A stretch of 63,911 bases of DNA, counting the filler, from Bipalium vagum (lineage: Eukaryota), in assembly GCA_037834085.1 (NCBI GenBank). It is 3 parts of 3 records of this genome, joined end to end, with 100 filler letters (N's around TTAATTAATTAA, not from the genome) between each part and the next. Parts side by side here need not be neighbours in the genome. Positions count along the whole stretch, not along the records: positions 27,682 to 48,267 come from JBBMKC010249932.1; positions 48,368 to 63,911 come from JBBMKC010160509.1; 1 more part is not named here. One strand, written 5' to 3'. The translations under genes and the position numbers were made by a program. How positions within the stretch are numbered: position 1 is the first letter of the stretch; each line of letters starts with the position of its first letter. Shown here piece by piece: positions 37,650 to 50,082 of the stretch. The notes beneath the pieces were generated by a model that saw only the letters and a program-made list of their open reading frames with translations, had not been told where the DNA came from and searched no databases.

Positions 37650-38560
37650 TACTACTGAGTTCAAAAGGTAAGGTGATTGTCAAAATAAAACGTAATATTT
37701 ATTTAATCACCAAAATTTATTTTGTCTCCTTCAAAGTACTCTCCTCTCATCAATGTTTAATTCATTTCAGAAACCACTTTTCAAAATGTTCAGAAGTTTT
37801 TTTTGGTTTTATTGGGTCAACCGGATCAAACTTGGTTCCACAAAGTGGGCTTTTTAATCGATTGAACAGAAAAAGTTGCAACGTGACATGTCTTAAGACA
37901 TTTTTTTGAATTTTTGGCCAAAAACTCACAGATATAATTGCATTATGATGGTGTAAAAACCATGAATTTTCTGCCTGCAAATTCGGTCATTTTGACTAAT
38001 CGCCTCACGTACAGACGCATAACTTATAAATAAGAATCTTCATTCATGGTACAACCTTCTGCAAGAAATTCATGATTAGCCACACCATTATAATCTATAA
38101 AAAACTGTTAACAGAGTCTTGGTTTTTATTGCGTTTGTCAAATTCTTTCATATCTTGGTTCATCTGGAGTTCAACATTCACATTGTTCAACATTGTTGCT
38201 TTGTCAGCATATCAAACTGGTAAACCCAGTTCTCGTTACTAGTAATAATACGCTAGATGAATGTTGGATCATTTTCCACTTGCTCCAGTATCTCTTTAGC
38301 AATATCAACACGATGTTGTTTTTTCCAAAAATCAAATGATTTTGGTACCGGCTTAGCTGACTAACGTTTTAGTACCAATAGGTCACTTAAAATTGCATAT
38401 ACTGAACCTTTGGATATACCTACCGCAACCTCTCTTACTGTGGTTGGTCTATGACTGAGTAGTGATCTGGTCGACTTAAAAGGCTTCGAAGTCCTTAACA
38501 AACTTCCCAGAAATTCAGTTGCGTTTTTCTTGAATTATTTTGCGTCGAAAGAGGTTAAGG
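37650..38560 (-). mobile_element. Mariner transposon remnant
   Basis: Decayed IITSNENWVYQFD (first catalytic motif), SWFLHHHNA, AKPVPK; TIR-like gttcaaaaggtaaggtga at ~37659. Confidence 0.8.
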
Positions 38561-39641
38561 CATGAAAAAATCCAAATCATTAATAGAAATTATATATCGT
38601 ATTTCTTAAAGATTGTAAAAATGATGAAAATTTTAAATTTTCAACTATGTCAACTATTCCTTACTAAAATACTACGTATTACATCAAAATTACGCCAAGA
38701 ATTATAATAGTAAGTACTACAATTAAAATCCTTTGTTTATTTAAAAACATTTAACTGCTTCCCTTAGCTCGATAAATTTGATACTATTCAATATTGAATT
38801 AAGCTTTCAAACCTAATACATATTTTGTCATGAAACACGGTTAAAATTCAATGGCTATTTAAAGCCATGATTACAAGTTAATACCGAATTCGAAATTCAT
38901 AAAGTAAAAGCTGAAAAATATTCCTGTAATTCGTGTGAAAATCAAAATGATTTAGCTTGATTATGCAATGCCACGAAAAAATTTCTAAAGAATACGAAAA
39001 GGAATGTGATGTTATAAATAAAAAAGAATATTTGCAAAATCACTTTAATTACAATAACCACGAAAATAACCTCTGAACTATTACATATATTTTATCATCC
39101 AAAAATAAGATATTTTTTTTATTACACTTAGAATTGATAAGATTGTGTTTGCAATGCAACTTTTTCAAAATTCTCAAAATGCTATTTAAAGCCAAAATAT
39201 CAAAAAGAAATGAAAAAATAAATATTTTATTCAGTCTTATTCACAGTACCAACATCATACAGTACCGATATTATAAGCACATATAAAATTAAAGCTTTTT
39301 ATGAATATGCAAACATGTCACAGAAGAAACGTGGACTAGAAAGCCATTAAAAACGACATGAAGATACACAACAGTCAATACAAGACTCAAGTTAATTGAT
39401 TGCACTAAAAATTAGAACAGAACTGGCGATACATCGCTGAGAACAGAAACAAACGATCAATAAAAGTCGATCATGGTTCAATAAGTGACATGCTTCCGCT
39501 CGCCAAGCGAACGCACCAATAAAAAAGCAATACCGGAAAATAAAATAAAAATCAATAACGGAAACGAAACGTCACACACTCAATTGAGCTCGTCCTTTGT
39601 GTTCATCGATATTATCAAAGAGAAACCGTTGCCGAATCCAT

Positions 39642-42600
39642 TTATAGCGATTCAAATTCATCGACACGCTTTTTCGTGTTACCTTGGCGAATTTGACGCA
39701 GCGTTTGAAATTTGTCGCGACTCTGTCGCTGATTTTCCCTGTGAATAAGATCGATCTCGTCCATTTTCGACTCGACACGCTTCTGCTCCAGGTCGCTGGC
39801 TAATTGCTTTAACTGGAACATTAAATCCTTGTTTCCTGACAAAGTTGTCGTCCGGTTCTCCTCACGCCTGTCATCGGCACTCTCTAACAGCTCAAAATTG
39901 TGCGCATCTTCCCGATTATTCTCTTTCTCGATCGCCAAATCCTCCAGTTGTCGAGCTCTCAATTCCAGCTCCTCTCGTTCTCGCCTCAGCTTTTCTAACT
40001 CTTCCTGTCTGGTTTTGAGTTCTGCAGCACTTTGCTCCACTTCATTGTTTTTCAGTTGGATCTCCGATTGAATCAGTGAGTTTTCCAGCACCAAACGCTC
40101 ATAGTCTTCGCTCACCATTTTCTGTGCCTCTTCCAGGGCTTTGTTGTTTTCTGCCAACCGGGTGTGCATGTCTTCCAAATCATGTTTCTGTTTGTTGGAA
40201 TCTTCTAGCAAATCCTCCAGTTCCTTAATTTTTCGTTCATATTCTTCCATTTGTCTCTGCGATTCCTCGTTCTTCTCATTTGACGCTTTCAAAATCAATT
40301 CCAATTCCGCCAATTTACGCTCAACCATTTCTTTAGCCATTCTTTCCTGATTAACTTTGTCCCTGAACATAAAAAATCAATAACGTATTCAACGATAATT
40401 GAAACACTACTTCGAGTCTAATTTTATTCTTTTATCCTCTTGGGCTTGGACTCGCATTTGTTGCATTTCAATTGTTTCAGCTTTTCTTCTTCTGAGATAT
40501 AAATCGTGATTGCCCATTGACAGATTCAAAATAGTCTTGTTTATTCTTGAATGTTTCACCATAAAGACGAAGTTCTTAAAAACCAGAACAGTTGAGATTT
40601 AAAGTAAAAAGTTGTTAAATAATTTTAACCGAAACCAAATGGAGTGCAATTATAAAATTCGTAAGCTAATCTTAACAAGTCCTAACCCTATCTCTGAAAG
40701 AATATTTTCCTCGTGAATCTAGAAGCAACGGAGATCTGGGAATTAAATTATTCAAGACTTAATATAATGCAATTGATATTTAAGCTTTCGTAATAGTAAT
40801 ATATCCATTAGAACTAACACGTGTTAGCATTTTAAAATAACTTCATCCGCTGACAGTTTAATTGATCCTCCATATGCTAATTGATGTTCGAAGACATGAA
40901 TATCAGTGATGTACAGACGTTTTTAATTAAAATGATTCAATGGCTTTTTCGCGCAATATTTCGCTATTAAAACAAGAATAATCAAAATCGTCCAAAACAA
41001 TTCTTAATCATAAATATACAATATTTCAAATAATTTTTTAAAATTAAATCTTTTTTTAAAATAAATTTCAAATCTATTTGTATTACGTTTACAAATTACT
41101 TGAAGTTTAAATTATCATTTTCCTTTATTGAATGTAATGAGTATTTCTTAATCAAATGTGATACCCATTTTACACCATATCAAACATACATTACACAAAT
41201 GTAATGACAAAATTTACGATAATTAAAATTAAATTTTAAAAAATAATTCGAAATCACTAAATGACAAAAAATAGATTAAAAATCCTCTGATATTATAAAT
41301 TGAGTCCGTAAAGCATTCCAATGCAAATTGATTTTAACCACTTATATTGAGGGGTTTATTGAAAATATTAAACTCTTAAATTTATCAGGACTAGCTATCA
41401 ATTCAGTCCAAACCACTAAATCACGTGAAATTTAAATTAAACCTTTAATGCTAAAAAACAATCGAGAAGTTTGTCAACTGTAATATTATTAATCTTATAT
41501 GATCGTCGGATTTTGCTAAGGACCACACTGTTTGATTATAGAGCTGGTGTAGGTAGAGATAATTGTATAACAATGCACAAAAAAAGGTAAAACAAGATTT
41601 TTAATCAAGGGGCATTACAAGCACAAACAGTATCATTAAGCTTACACCATATTTTAACTCAACACTGAAACATTCTCATCAAGCCGATAACCTGCAGATT
41701 GATATATCTTGAGATGAGATAATTAAAAATGGAGATGTCAGAGACAAAAAAATATTCAAGTTTCCTTCCTCTTCTCAAACATAATAGAGTCTTACTTTTC
41801 AAAGTCTCGACTTATAAAGAAATCTATTGAAATAAAGACAGTTCGAAAATGTAATCTTAGGTGGCATGATAAAAATACATTATACCCCGATTTAAAGTCA
41901 ATGATAATAAAACTTACAGAAGAACTTTTATCGGTTGACTTTATGGAAAACTTCTTATTCGTATAGGAAACGTTTCGAATTTCACTCCACGGAAATCCAA
42001 TTTTTGGATTTAATCTAAATAAAACAGCCATTAAAAGTTATTTCAGATTTCAATAATTTTTAAAAATCGGTAAATAAATCGATTCAATTAAATAAAACTG
42101 ATTCAATTATTATTAATATTAAAATCTTCTTACTTATCAGTTTTATTACAAATACTCAATCCAAGAGCATCAATTCCCAAGTATAACTCAGTTCCCTTTT
42201 TGTTTGTTATTTCGAAATAATTGACACCATACATTTCCAAATCCTGAGCGATCTTCAAATATTCCATCATACTATCTTCTCGCAGCATATCTTTGTGCGA
42301 CTTGTACATCATAACAATTTTATCAATCCATTGATCCATCGTCATTTCATGTTGATCAATAATTCTACAATATTTCAGTCGATTTAATTATACTTCCAAA
42401 AATGAAATAACTTTTGAGGCAACAGTCGATCTTTGTAGATGAAGTTTTCTTTATCTTGAATAAGGTTTTCTGTGAAATCCAAATACTTGCACTGACATGC
42501 ATAGGACGCCAACAAAACACAAGTCTCGGCTGGAGTGTAGAGATCACCGTTCAATATATCTTCTCGTACTTGCAAATAAAATAATTTTTGGGTGGTTTCC

Positions 42601-42984
42601 TGAATCAATTCTTCAGCAACATCTTCCGGGTAATATTTAACGCGGAACTGAAATCGTAATGGGAAAACTTTACCGACATCCTGAGATGTAACCTTGCGAT
42701 TTAATTTTAACCAAGTTTTCAAACCTTTGGTATCGACAAATCGCAAACCAAACCACCAAATTTCACGAATATTCAATGTTCTTGCAACCTGTGAGTACAG
42801 TTAAAATATTTAGAGTAATATAATTTATTGATCAAACCTGGTCAAACAATTGCTTACCAGTTGTACTTGGAGACACTGAAAATTCTAATTCAGAATCGAC
42901 TGTAGATACTATAATTGATATCTAAATGTGATAATATATTTTCTGAAATGTTAATATTTTTAATGAACTCACTGATTTAGACAT
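39642..42984 (-). CDS. Moe: ERM family protein (ezrin/radixin/moesin-like), 561 aa, 7 exons
   Basis: Exons 42984-42973 (MSKS), 42921-42838, 42788-42412, 42364-42134, 42014-41918, 40574-40411, 40362-39642 total 1686 nt in frame. FERM domain ([64 protein letters not shown]), coiled coil, and C-ERMAD actin-binding tail [25 protein letters not shown]. Confidence 0.95.
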
Positions 42985-45799
42985 TTTGAAAAATGAGTCA
43001 GTTCCTAAAATTCAAATATTTATATGTTTAAAAAAATTAAAACGATTCATTTAAATACAGTGTGTAATTTTGTGTTAATATTGAACTTTCCATTAAAAAA
43101 TATTACATACATTTGGTCAATTGTTCATTTTAGTGTAGCACATCTAAAATATTTTTTACTTAAAAACAAAGTTAATTTATTTTTGTTAAAAATGTTTAAC
43201 GAATGTTTCTAAAATATTCACAGGTTTGTAATACATCACAATAAAAATAATTTAATTTATATTGACAAATAAAAGAAATAATGAGCATAATTTTTAATTC
43301 AAATTATCTTTTATCAAATAAAAGTTATAAAAATCAGGTATTCTCATTTTAAAAAATTGATTATAAAATATTGATTGAAGTTATCCTATTTCTGAAATAA
43401 CTTCATCACTATAAATAGATATAATAATAATACAAAACTGGTCAATTTTGGAATAAATTTAATTTGAAAATTTTAATTAATTAAAAATTTTAGATTAGTT
43501 AAGATTTTAATAATTCTGTTAGGTTATTCGTGTAGTAATAGGGAAAAAGAAGACTTGAATATAATATCTTATATGGAAAAGGTTAATCTGATATTTTTCT
43601 ATCGCTATCATTCAAATTGAAAAATCGATAAATTCCATTTGTTGGAAATGTCCAACACCCAATCATATTCGTTTGAAACTATTCAAACTTGTTTCTGTGT
43701 CGATATTTTCCTACCTTCACACTTGAAATCTTCATTTTTGTCGGTCGACAAAACCCTCAGAACAATTGATTGAAATATTGAAAAATTCATTATCAGTTCT
43801 TATCATATCTTTCCTGATGGTCAATTCTATAAACATTAATGAAACTCTTTCAGCTGTCTTACCAAATCTTGACTTAAAGAAATCTCACATAATTGTAATT
43901 TGATCTGTTTTTATGATCGCCAATCTAAAAATGCTGAATGCACTATTGAGATAGAATTATTTAGCTTGGCTCCAACTAATTTAAAGGTAAATAAAATTAT
44001 CGGAAATCTACTCATATCAGTTGGATCCCATCAAATTCTGGAAAAGAAATCAAAAATTGGAGACATTCAGTTTGAATGAATGGTTTAAAATATTGCGATT
44101 GCTTATCCAAGGTTTAATACCAGATACTTTGCAAATGTCCAGGTCTATCCGATTTTTAATTTTAGTTAATTTGATTTTAAATCTTCTAATAGTAAATTGA
44201 TAATGGTAATGATATTACAGTAAGAATAATTTTATAATGTTAATAAAAATTATAATAATATTACTAATGAACAAATGATAACTTATAATTACAACTTTTC
44301 CATTAAAAAAAATATATTTTTCATTAAAAATTTAGTTAGGAAACTCAATCCATTAATTATTCACCTCGGACGAATACATTTGAGCCGAGTTGAATAATTA
44401 AATCTCCAGGAGTTGTAAAGGAGACCTGATGAGCTAAGCATGAATAAGAAGATTGTTGATTTGTTACCGTTGGCAGCCGCAGAATAAATGAATCAGCTAA
44501 GGCGAATAAGGTCAGGTGGAGCTAAATAATTGAAAGCTCCGGGTTTTTGCGTGGAAAAAGAAAAAGAGGAAAGATATTCCTGTTAAGAGTAATGATTAAT
44601 TGATGGAAAAAACCTGAAGACTATATAAGAAACTCTCAGATTTTCCACATCAAGAAGAAAACCAGAATTGAATTAGAACAGGAAAAGAGAATTCAAAAGA
44701 GGAGCCGAGGCAAGAAGTATAATACTATAATACTAAAATATAAATTAAGGACTTATACATGAATTATAAAATAAACAATAATACCTTTGTAAAATTATTG
44801 TAAAATGTTAATAATTCTATATTCACGTAATATCGAATAAAAGTACTTATGAATTCATAAAGATGAAACAGATATAAGCTTTTAATTTGGTTTCTTCATG
44901 ATGATACCACTGTTTATATAATGAATTAAAATTAAGACATAAATATGTATCTTGATATTTTAATAAGATGTGAACATTTTATTCTGAGATGACCTTAATG
45001 TTATTCGAAATTATAAATAAGACAATAAGAAGTGAAATTGATTTCGTTGGTGATAATAAGAAGGGATTGTTTAATTAATATTCTATTTAATTAATATTTT
45101 AAATTTAATATTTATTGTAATTAAAATATTTTATTAGTATTCATATTTAATCTAAAAATTGAACATTTTTATTGATAACAATGGAACATAAATATGTGAA
45201 TATTATATTGATTGTCATTTTAAAATTTCTTATAAAGAAAAATTCTAATAAATAATTACATAAAATTCTGAAATAAATTCCTAAACTATTTAAGTGGCAA
45301 TTTCATTGAAATCAATGTTTTCATTTAAAGAAATATTTTTATTATAAATAATGTGACAATTATCCAGCTCTACTTTTTTACAAGTTGTATTTTTCAAATA
45401 AAAATTTTTCACAAAAAATAATTTCTTTATATCAACTGTTATAAATAAATTTATCTATAATGATTATAATGATTTTAAGAACCCTTTAGAATATAAACTT
45501 GTTATATTTTTTAGTAATGAATTTTTTTCTAACATCAAGTCTTTACTTAAAATTATCCCAAGGGGAATATTATAAGAGGTAAATGGAAAATGTATTATCC
45601 ATTATGAAAATTAAGTATGATAAATAATAATTTTGAAATTATTAATTATATTTCAATTATTATGTGATGCTCATTCACATATTTATTGAAATATAATGAT
45701 AATATTTATTTGTTATTCTCAACATTTTGAGTAATTAAATTTTGTTTTATTACATTTAATAAATAATTTTAATCAATTTGAAAAATATTTGTAAACATT

Positions 45800-46180
45800 A
45801 ACTGGTTGGAAAAGTTGTGATGCATTTCCAAAACACATGAAATATACTTGTCTAGAACAAAGTTATTATAAAACGAGATTTCAACAAAACAATTGTATTA
45901 GTCATCACATAGAAACTTATTATTTGAGATTTAATAAAAAGACGATCTCCTTTTTGTCAATACATTCCATTGAGCGTCAAAGTTTTTAGATTTCTTAATT
46001 AAAAACTTATAAATGTGACAGTTAAATCAAATTTCAACCAAACTAAATATATTAATTTAAAAATAATATTTTCATTGTTTCATAGACAGTTGAAGAAAAA
46101 ATTAGGATAAGCATTTTGTATGAATTCAAGCCAAAGTACAATGCATACACAGCAAAACAAAAGATTAATGCAGTAATATT
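45800..46180 (+). mobile_element. Mariner 5' end (TIR-like sequence plus N-terminal HTH), truncated at repeat copy D
   Basis: EEKIRISILYEFKPKYNAYTAKQKINAV at ~46090-46175 resembles the mariner N-terminal HTH. Confidence 0.6.
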
Positions 46181-46194
46181 CTTTTTATTAATAA

Positions 46195-46900
46195 ATGATC
46201 TAATCTTGACAACGTCGAATGTCGAATTGCCAAGATTAGGCCAGGTTCCGCAATTAGGGACTGATTTACGTTTCGGTGCCTAAAAAGAAATTTGACATTC
46301 CTTATAAGAATACTGGTTTACGACTGAATCGTAGTCTGATCAGTATAAAAGGCACTGATTGGATTGCCATAAAAATTAGAAAAATTTAAAATATTGTGAA
46401 GCGTCAGAACAAGAATTATTATTTTTTGAAACCGAAGCCATTTATTTGCCAGAAGTTTGTAAATTCATTATGTCTATACAGGTTTTTATTCGGCAGGAGT
46501 CAAAAATGGGTCCTACAATGTTAGAGCGTTTATAAGCGTACCGGCTTGGGCTTATCAAACGGCCATAGGATCAATTTTCTTTTAAAACGGTGAGAGTTAT
46601 TTTATTCTTTTCTTTTTTTGTTTTTATTTTTAAATTAATTAACATTTATCCGATCAACTATACACATTTGATTTAACTTTTATTGATTGTTTGACTTGAT
46701 TGTTTTGATTTTCAGTATTGCTTTATTTATTCTGATTATTTGAGACATTTCACATTGTAGATTGTGTTATTGTTTGATACGTTTGTGTAATTGTGTTAGA
46801 AAAATAAAGTTTTACTTTACTCGTTTGATTCAGTTATTTGGAAACACGTTATTCTCAGAAGTAAGTTTACGAGCTAAATGTTACGTATAGTTTCATAGCA
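46195..46900 (+). repeat. Dispersed LTR-like repeat, copy D
   Basis: gatctaatcttgacaa...attgccaagattagg hairpin, tgacattcc, ctggtttacgactga, gtataaaaggc, ggtgag, aataaag, gagctaaatgttacg...tttcatag. Confidence 0.65.
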
Positions 46901-47482
46901 TTATAATTTAGTATTCATATTATAAAGAGTAACAAAATCAATTAAAATTAAAAATACCTTTAAAATTTTTTATTATTTTGAAATTAGAAATTTAATTCTA
47001 ATAACATAAAAAATATAACTCATTTTTTATATGGGATTTAATTTTTATTATATTATATTTTTACAAATGTGATGACTTTGTACCGTTTTGCAAATATTAC
47101 TTATAGTTTTTCTATTTATTTCCGATTTATTATTTTAAATTAAATTATTTTTTTAATTTTAAAAACAAATATGTATTAATAAACAAATGAACATATGAAA
47201 TATTTAATATGAGGTTCTGTTTTGTTTATTCACGTAACATCTTTATTACTTTAATTTATAGAAAATCTTTATATTAAAAAACTGTTTTTAATAAAAGTTA
47301 TTAGTCTTTACGACCGAATGTTTTCAAAATCTTAGAAATAGTTTACAAAAATATAATTTTTATAATCCTAAAAGTGTAAAGGTTGCAAAACTATCAAATA
47401 ATATAAAATTAGAATTCAATAAAAATCAATATTCTCTGACACTTTATATTTCTTCTTTCCATTTAATTATACAGAAATATTT

Positions 47483-47659
47483 TTACATTCTTAAGTATTG
47501 TTCTAAATCTTCAGGGGACGACAACATTGCACCTATGGCCCCAGTGTGACCATTGTTTATGAAATAAACATTGATAAAGTCAAAGCCATACATTTTCTTT
47601 AATGTAGCAAATTCTTTTCGAAATACTTCCGATTGAAACATATGTCCTCCGAAGAAAAT
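47483..47659 (-). CDS. Terminal exon of a type II pantothenate kinase (Fumble)-like / ASKHA-fold gene or pseudogene
   Basis: atttaag|ATT TTC TTC GGA GGA... encodes IFFGGHMFQSEVFRKEFATLKKMYGFDFINVYFINNGHTGAIGAMLSSPEDLEQYLRM*, matching the PanK C-terminal layout (VYFGG ... GYLGAIGAFL). Confidence 0.55.
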   Translation of the reverse strand: MFFGGHMFQSEVFRKEFATLKKMYGFDFINVYFINNGHTGAIGAMLSSPEDLEQYLRM

Positions 47660-48267
47660 CTTAAATAATTAAATATGAATTAATTTTTAAAATAATATTA
47701 TTAATTGTTTTTTTGGTGCTTTTAGTTTTAAAATGTTATCTTTTAAATATACAGTATTATTTCCAAATTGCATAAAATACTATTTAAACAAATGGTATTT
47801 AAATAATTTCAAGATATCATTGATAACTTTTATTTCATGAAATAAGAGCTGATAAAAACATTCGTTTGATAAATCATTTTGAACATGAAACTAAATTCCC
47901 AGAGAAGGTAAAAATTTCCAATTTTTTTAATCATATTTACCTTTAATAATGATAAAGCAAATGTTCAGTTCTTTATTATGGAATATGATGAAGAATTATT
48001 AATGTATCTCTAACCTTTCCATTGTTCTTAATTTTTATTTTTTAAAAAATATTAAAGAATTTTCATCTATAAGTTAAATAAAAAGTAATAATACAATGCC
48101 GTCCATATGTTTTGGGCCACTTCTAAAATTTCGATAAAATGATGAAATTATATAATTATAAGTACTTTAATCCTGTCTATATTTAAATACATGATAGAAT
48201 ATGTTGAAGTACATGTTTCCAATCAAAAATTCCCAAAGTAAAATTTTTGTAAATGTAGAAAAACCGA

Positions 48268-48367
48268 NNNNNNNNNNNNNNNNNNNNNNNNNNNNNNNNN
48301 NNNNNNNNNNNTTAATTAATTAANNNNNNNNNNNNNNNNNNNNNNNNNNNNNNNNNNNNNNNNNNNN
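48268..48367. other. Assembly gap spacer (44 N + TTAATTAATTAA + 44 N)
   Basis: Same construct as 27582-27681. Confidence 0.95.

Positions 48368-48440
<73 letters not shown>
48368..48440. repeat. (AAT)n microsatellite abutting an assembly gap
   Basis: About 24 perfect AAT units. Confidence 0.95.
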
Positions 48441-48441
<1 letters not shown>

Positions 48442-49005
48442 GTGCAAACTAAAATAAATAAAAATAACAAAATGAAATTTATTCAATATTCATTAAGCCA
48501 AAGACAAATTTAATGGAGCACTTAGTAAAATAGAAAAAATAATACTAAAAAGAAATAATTTCCATTTGGAAAAACTGTTTTTCATTTAAAGAAAAATAGT
48601 TATTTCGCTTCAGGGAAAAACAGTATTATTTCCCCAGGAAATGTCCTTAGTAAGCGAGGACTATAAAAATTGTTACTTCTTAGGACGATATTACCAATAA
48701 CGGTAACTGTAATTTCTCCTAATTCTGCCTTTGTTCTTGGGGAATGCAAGAAAACGTAACAAAAATTGTGAAATTGTCACTGAATTTCCCTAAAGACAGT
48801 ATTAAAAAATGTGACGAAATCTTTTATATTTCAAAAATGAATCAAATCGCATTGCTACTTCGTAACGTGTTTCTATAGTCTGAATTTGGTCATTATTTCA
48901 ATCATTTTTCGCTTTAAACCAATTTTGGTTGTCAGTAAATATTTCTCTTTAATGTGCGCTTTTTTATCTTATTCAGCTTTAAGGCATGTGTTTCTTTCTA
49001 TTATT

Positions 49006-49653
49006 TATTAGGTTGGTAAGAAAATAATTGCGTTTTTTATGTATTAAAACTTTAAAACACAACACATTGAAACTCATGATGAAAAATGGATTGCTTACAC
49101 AATCGGAGGCAGTCATCACAGTTGCTGGACCTGAAATAAACTGAAAATCTGTTCGCAAAGCTGAGATTGCACCAAAAAAGACCTCGGTGTTTGTTTGATG
49201 GTTCACGGATTCAAAACAGTTTCTTAAATCAAAGAGAAATTATGACATCAGAAAGATATTTTCAAAAATTAAATTAATATTGCTATCTGTTTGCCCATTA
49301 ATTTATCGCGAAGATGTTCAACCACACGTTACAAGACGATCCCTGTAGAATCTGAATGATTTTTAATATGAAAATCTGCTTCATACACCTTAATCATTGG
49401 ATCTATCGCCTACTGACAATCATTTTTATTTTTATCATCTTTCAAACTTTCTGCAATAGAACATCTTCCATAGCAACAGTACTGTTCAGAATGCTTTACT
49501 GAGTTCATCGATTCCAGAGCAACTGACTTCTATGTTAGCAGAAATGTGTTGTATGTCACGATCATATTTTGAATAAACTACCTTTTTATTCTGATATTTT
49601 TAATAATATACTTGTCGGTTAAAAAATCAATTTATTTCATCATCAACATGATA
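49006..49653 (+). mobile_element. Internally deleted mariner with both TIRs
   Basis: Left TIR ttaggttggtaagaaaataattgcgttttt; HDEKWIAY, DVQPHV and HTP*SLDLSPTDNH motifs; degenerate right TIR ending catcaacatgaTA. Confidence 0.8.
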
Positions 49654-50019
49654 GTTCATACCCTGTCTAACAGTGACCAACTTTATAAGAAGGGGGATTG
49701 TTCTCCCACTTTTCTGGCTACTTCTTTCTCAATTCCCTCAAGACTTCATAAATCTGTTCATGTTCGCGATCAAAATGCTAATTTATGAAAATAAATGTAA
49801 TCAATAAGCTTAATTGACAAATATAGAAATAAATATATAATTTGAAGCAGTGAAACAAATGTTTTGATTATATATATAACCACACTTAATAAAAATGAGT
49901 TTATTTTGCACTATAGTGTATTGTAAAGTAGTAATTGATTAAAAAATGATTTATATCCCCATAAAATCACTATTCCGGATTTTGTTTCAACCAATTCTGA
50001 AATTTTGATATTCTAGGCT

Positions 50020-50082
50020 ACTCCCTTCGCTCGCCATTGCGGAACCCCTGGGTTTTGAGGAACTTCGGTTGAAAATCATTCC
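50020..50082 (+). mobile_element. hAT-Charlie-like terminal fragment
   Basis: gcggaacccctgggttttgaggaacttcggttgaaaatcatt resembles Charlie/Buster 3' termini. Confidence 0.5.

Noticed and set aside
6237-42984. MASK (Yorkie cofactor) next to a FERM protein as a Hippo-pathway cluster
   Set aside because: The FERM gene has an ERM actin-binding tail and is not merlin or expanded; the genes are convergent and 14.5 kb apart, so adjacency is probably coincidental.
44405-44520. CTGATGAG at 44426 suggesting a second hammerhead
   Set aside because: No GAAA after a plausible stem II and no stem I/III arrangement.
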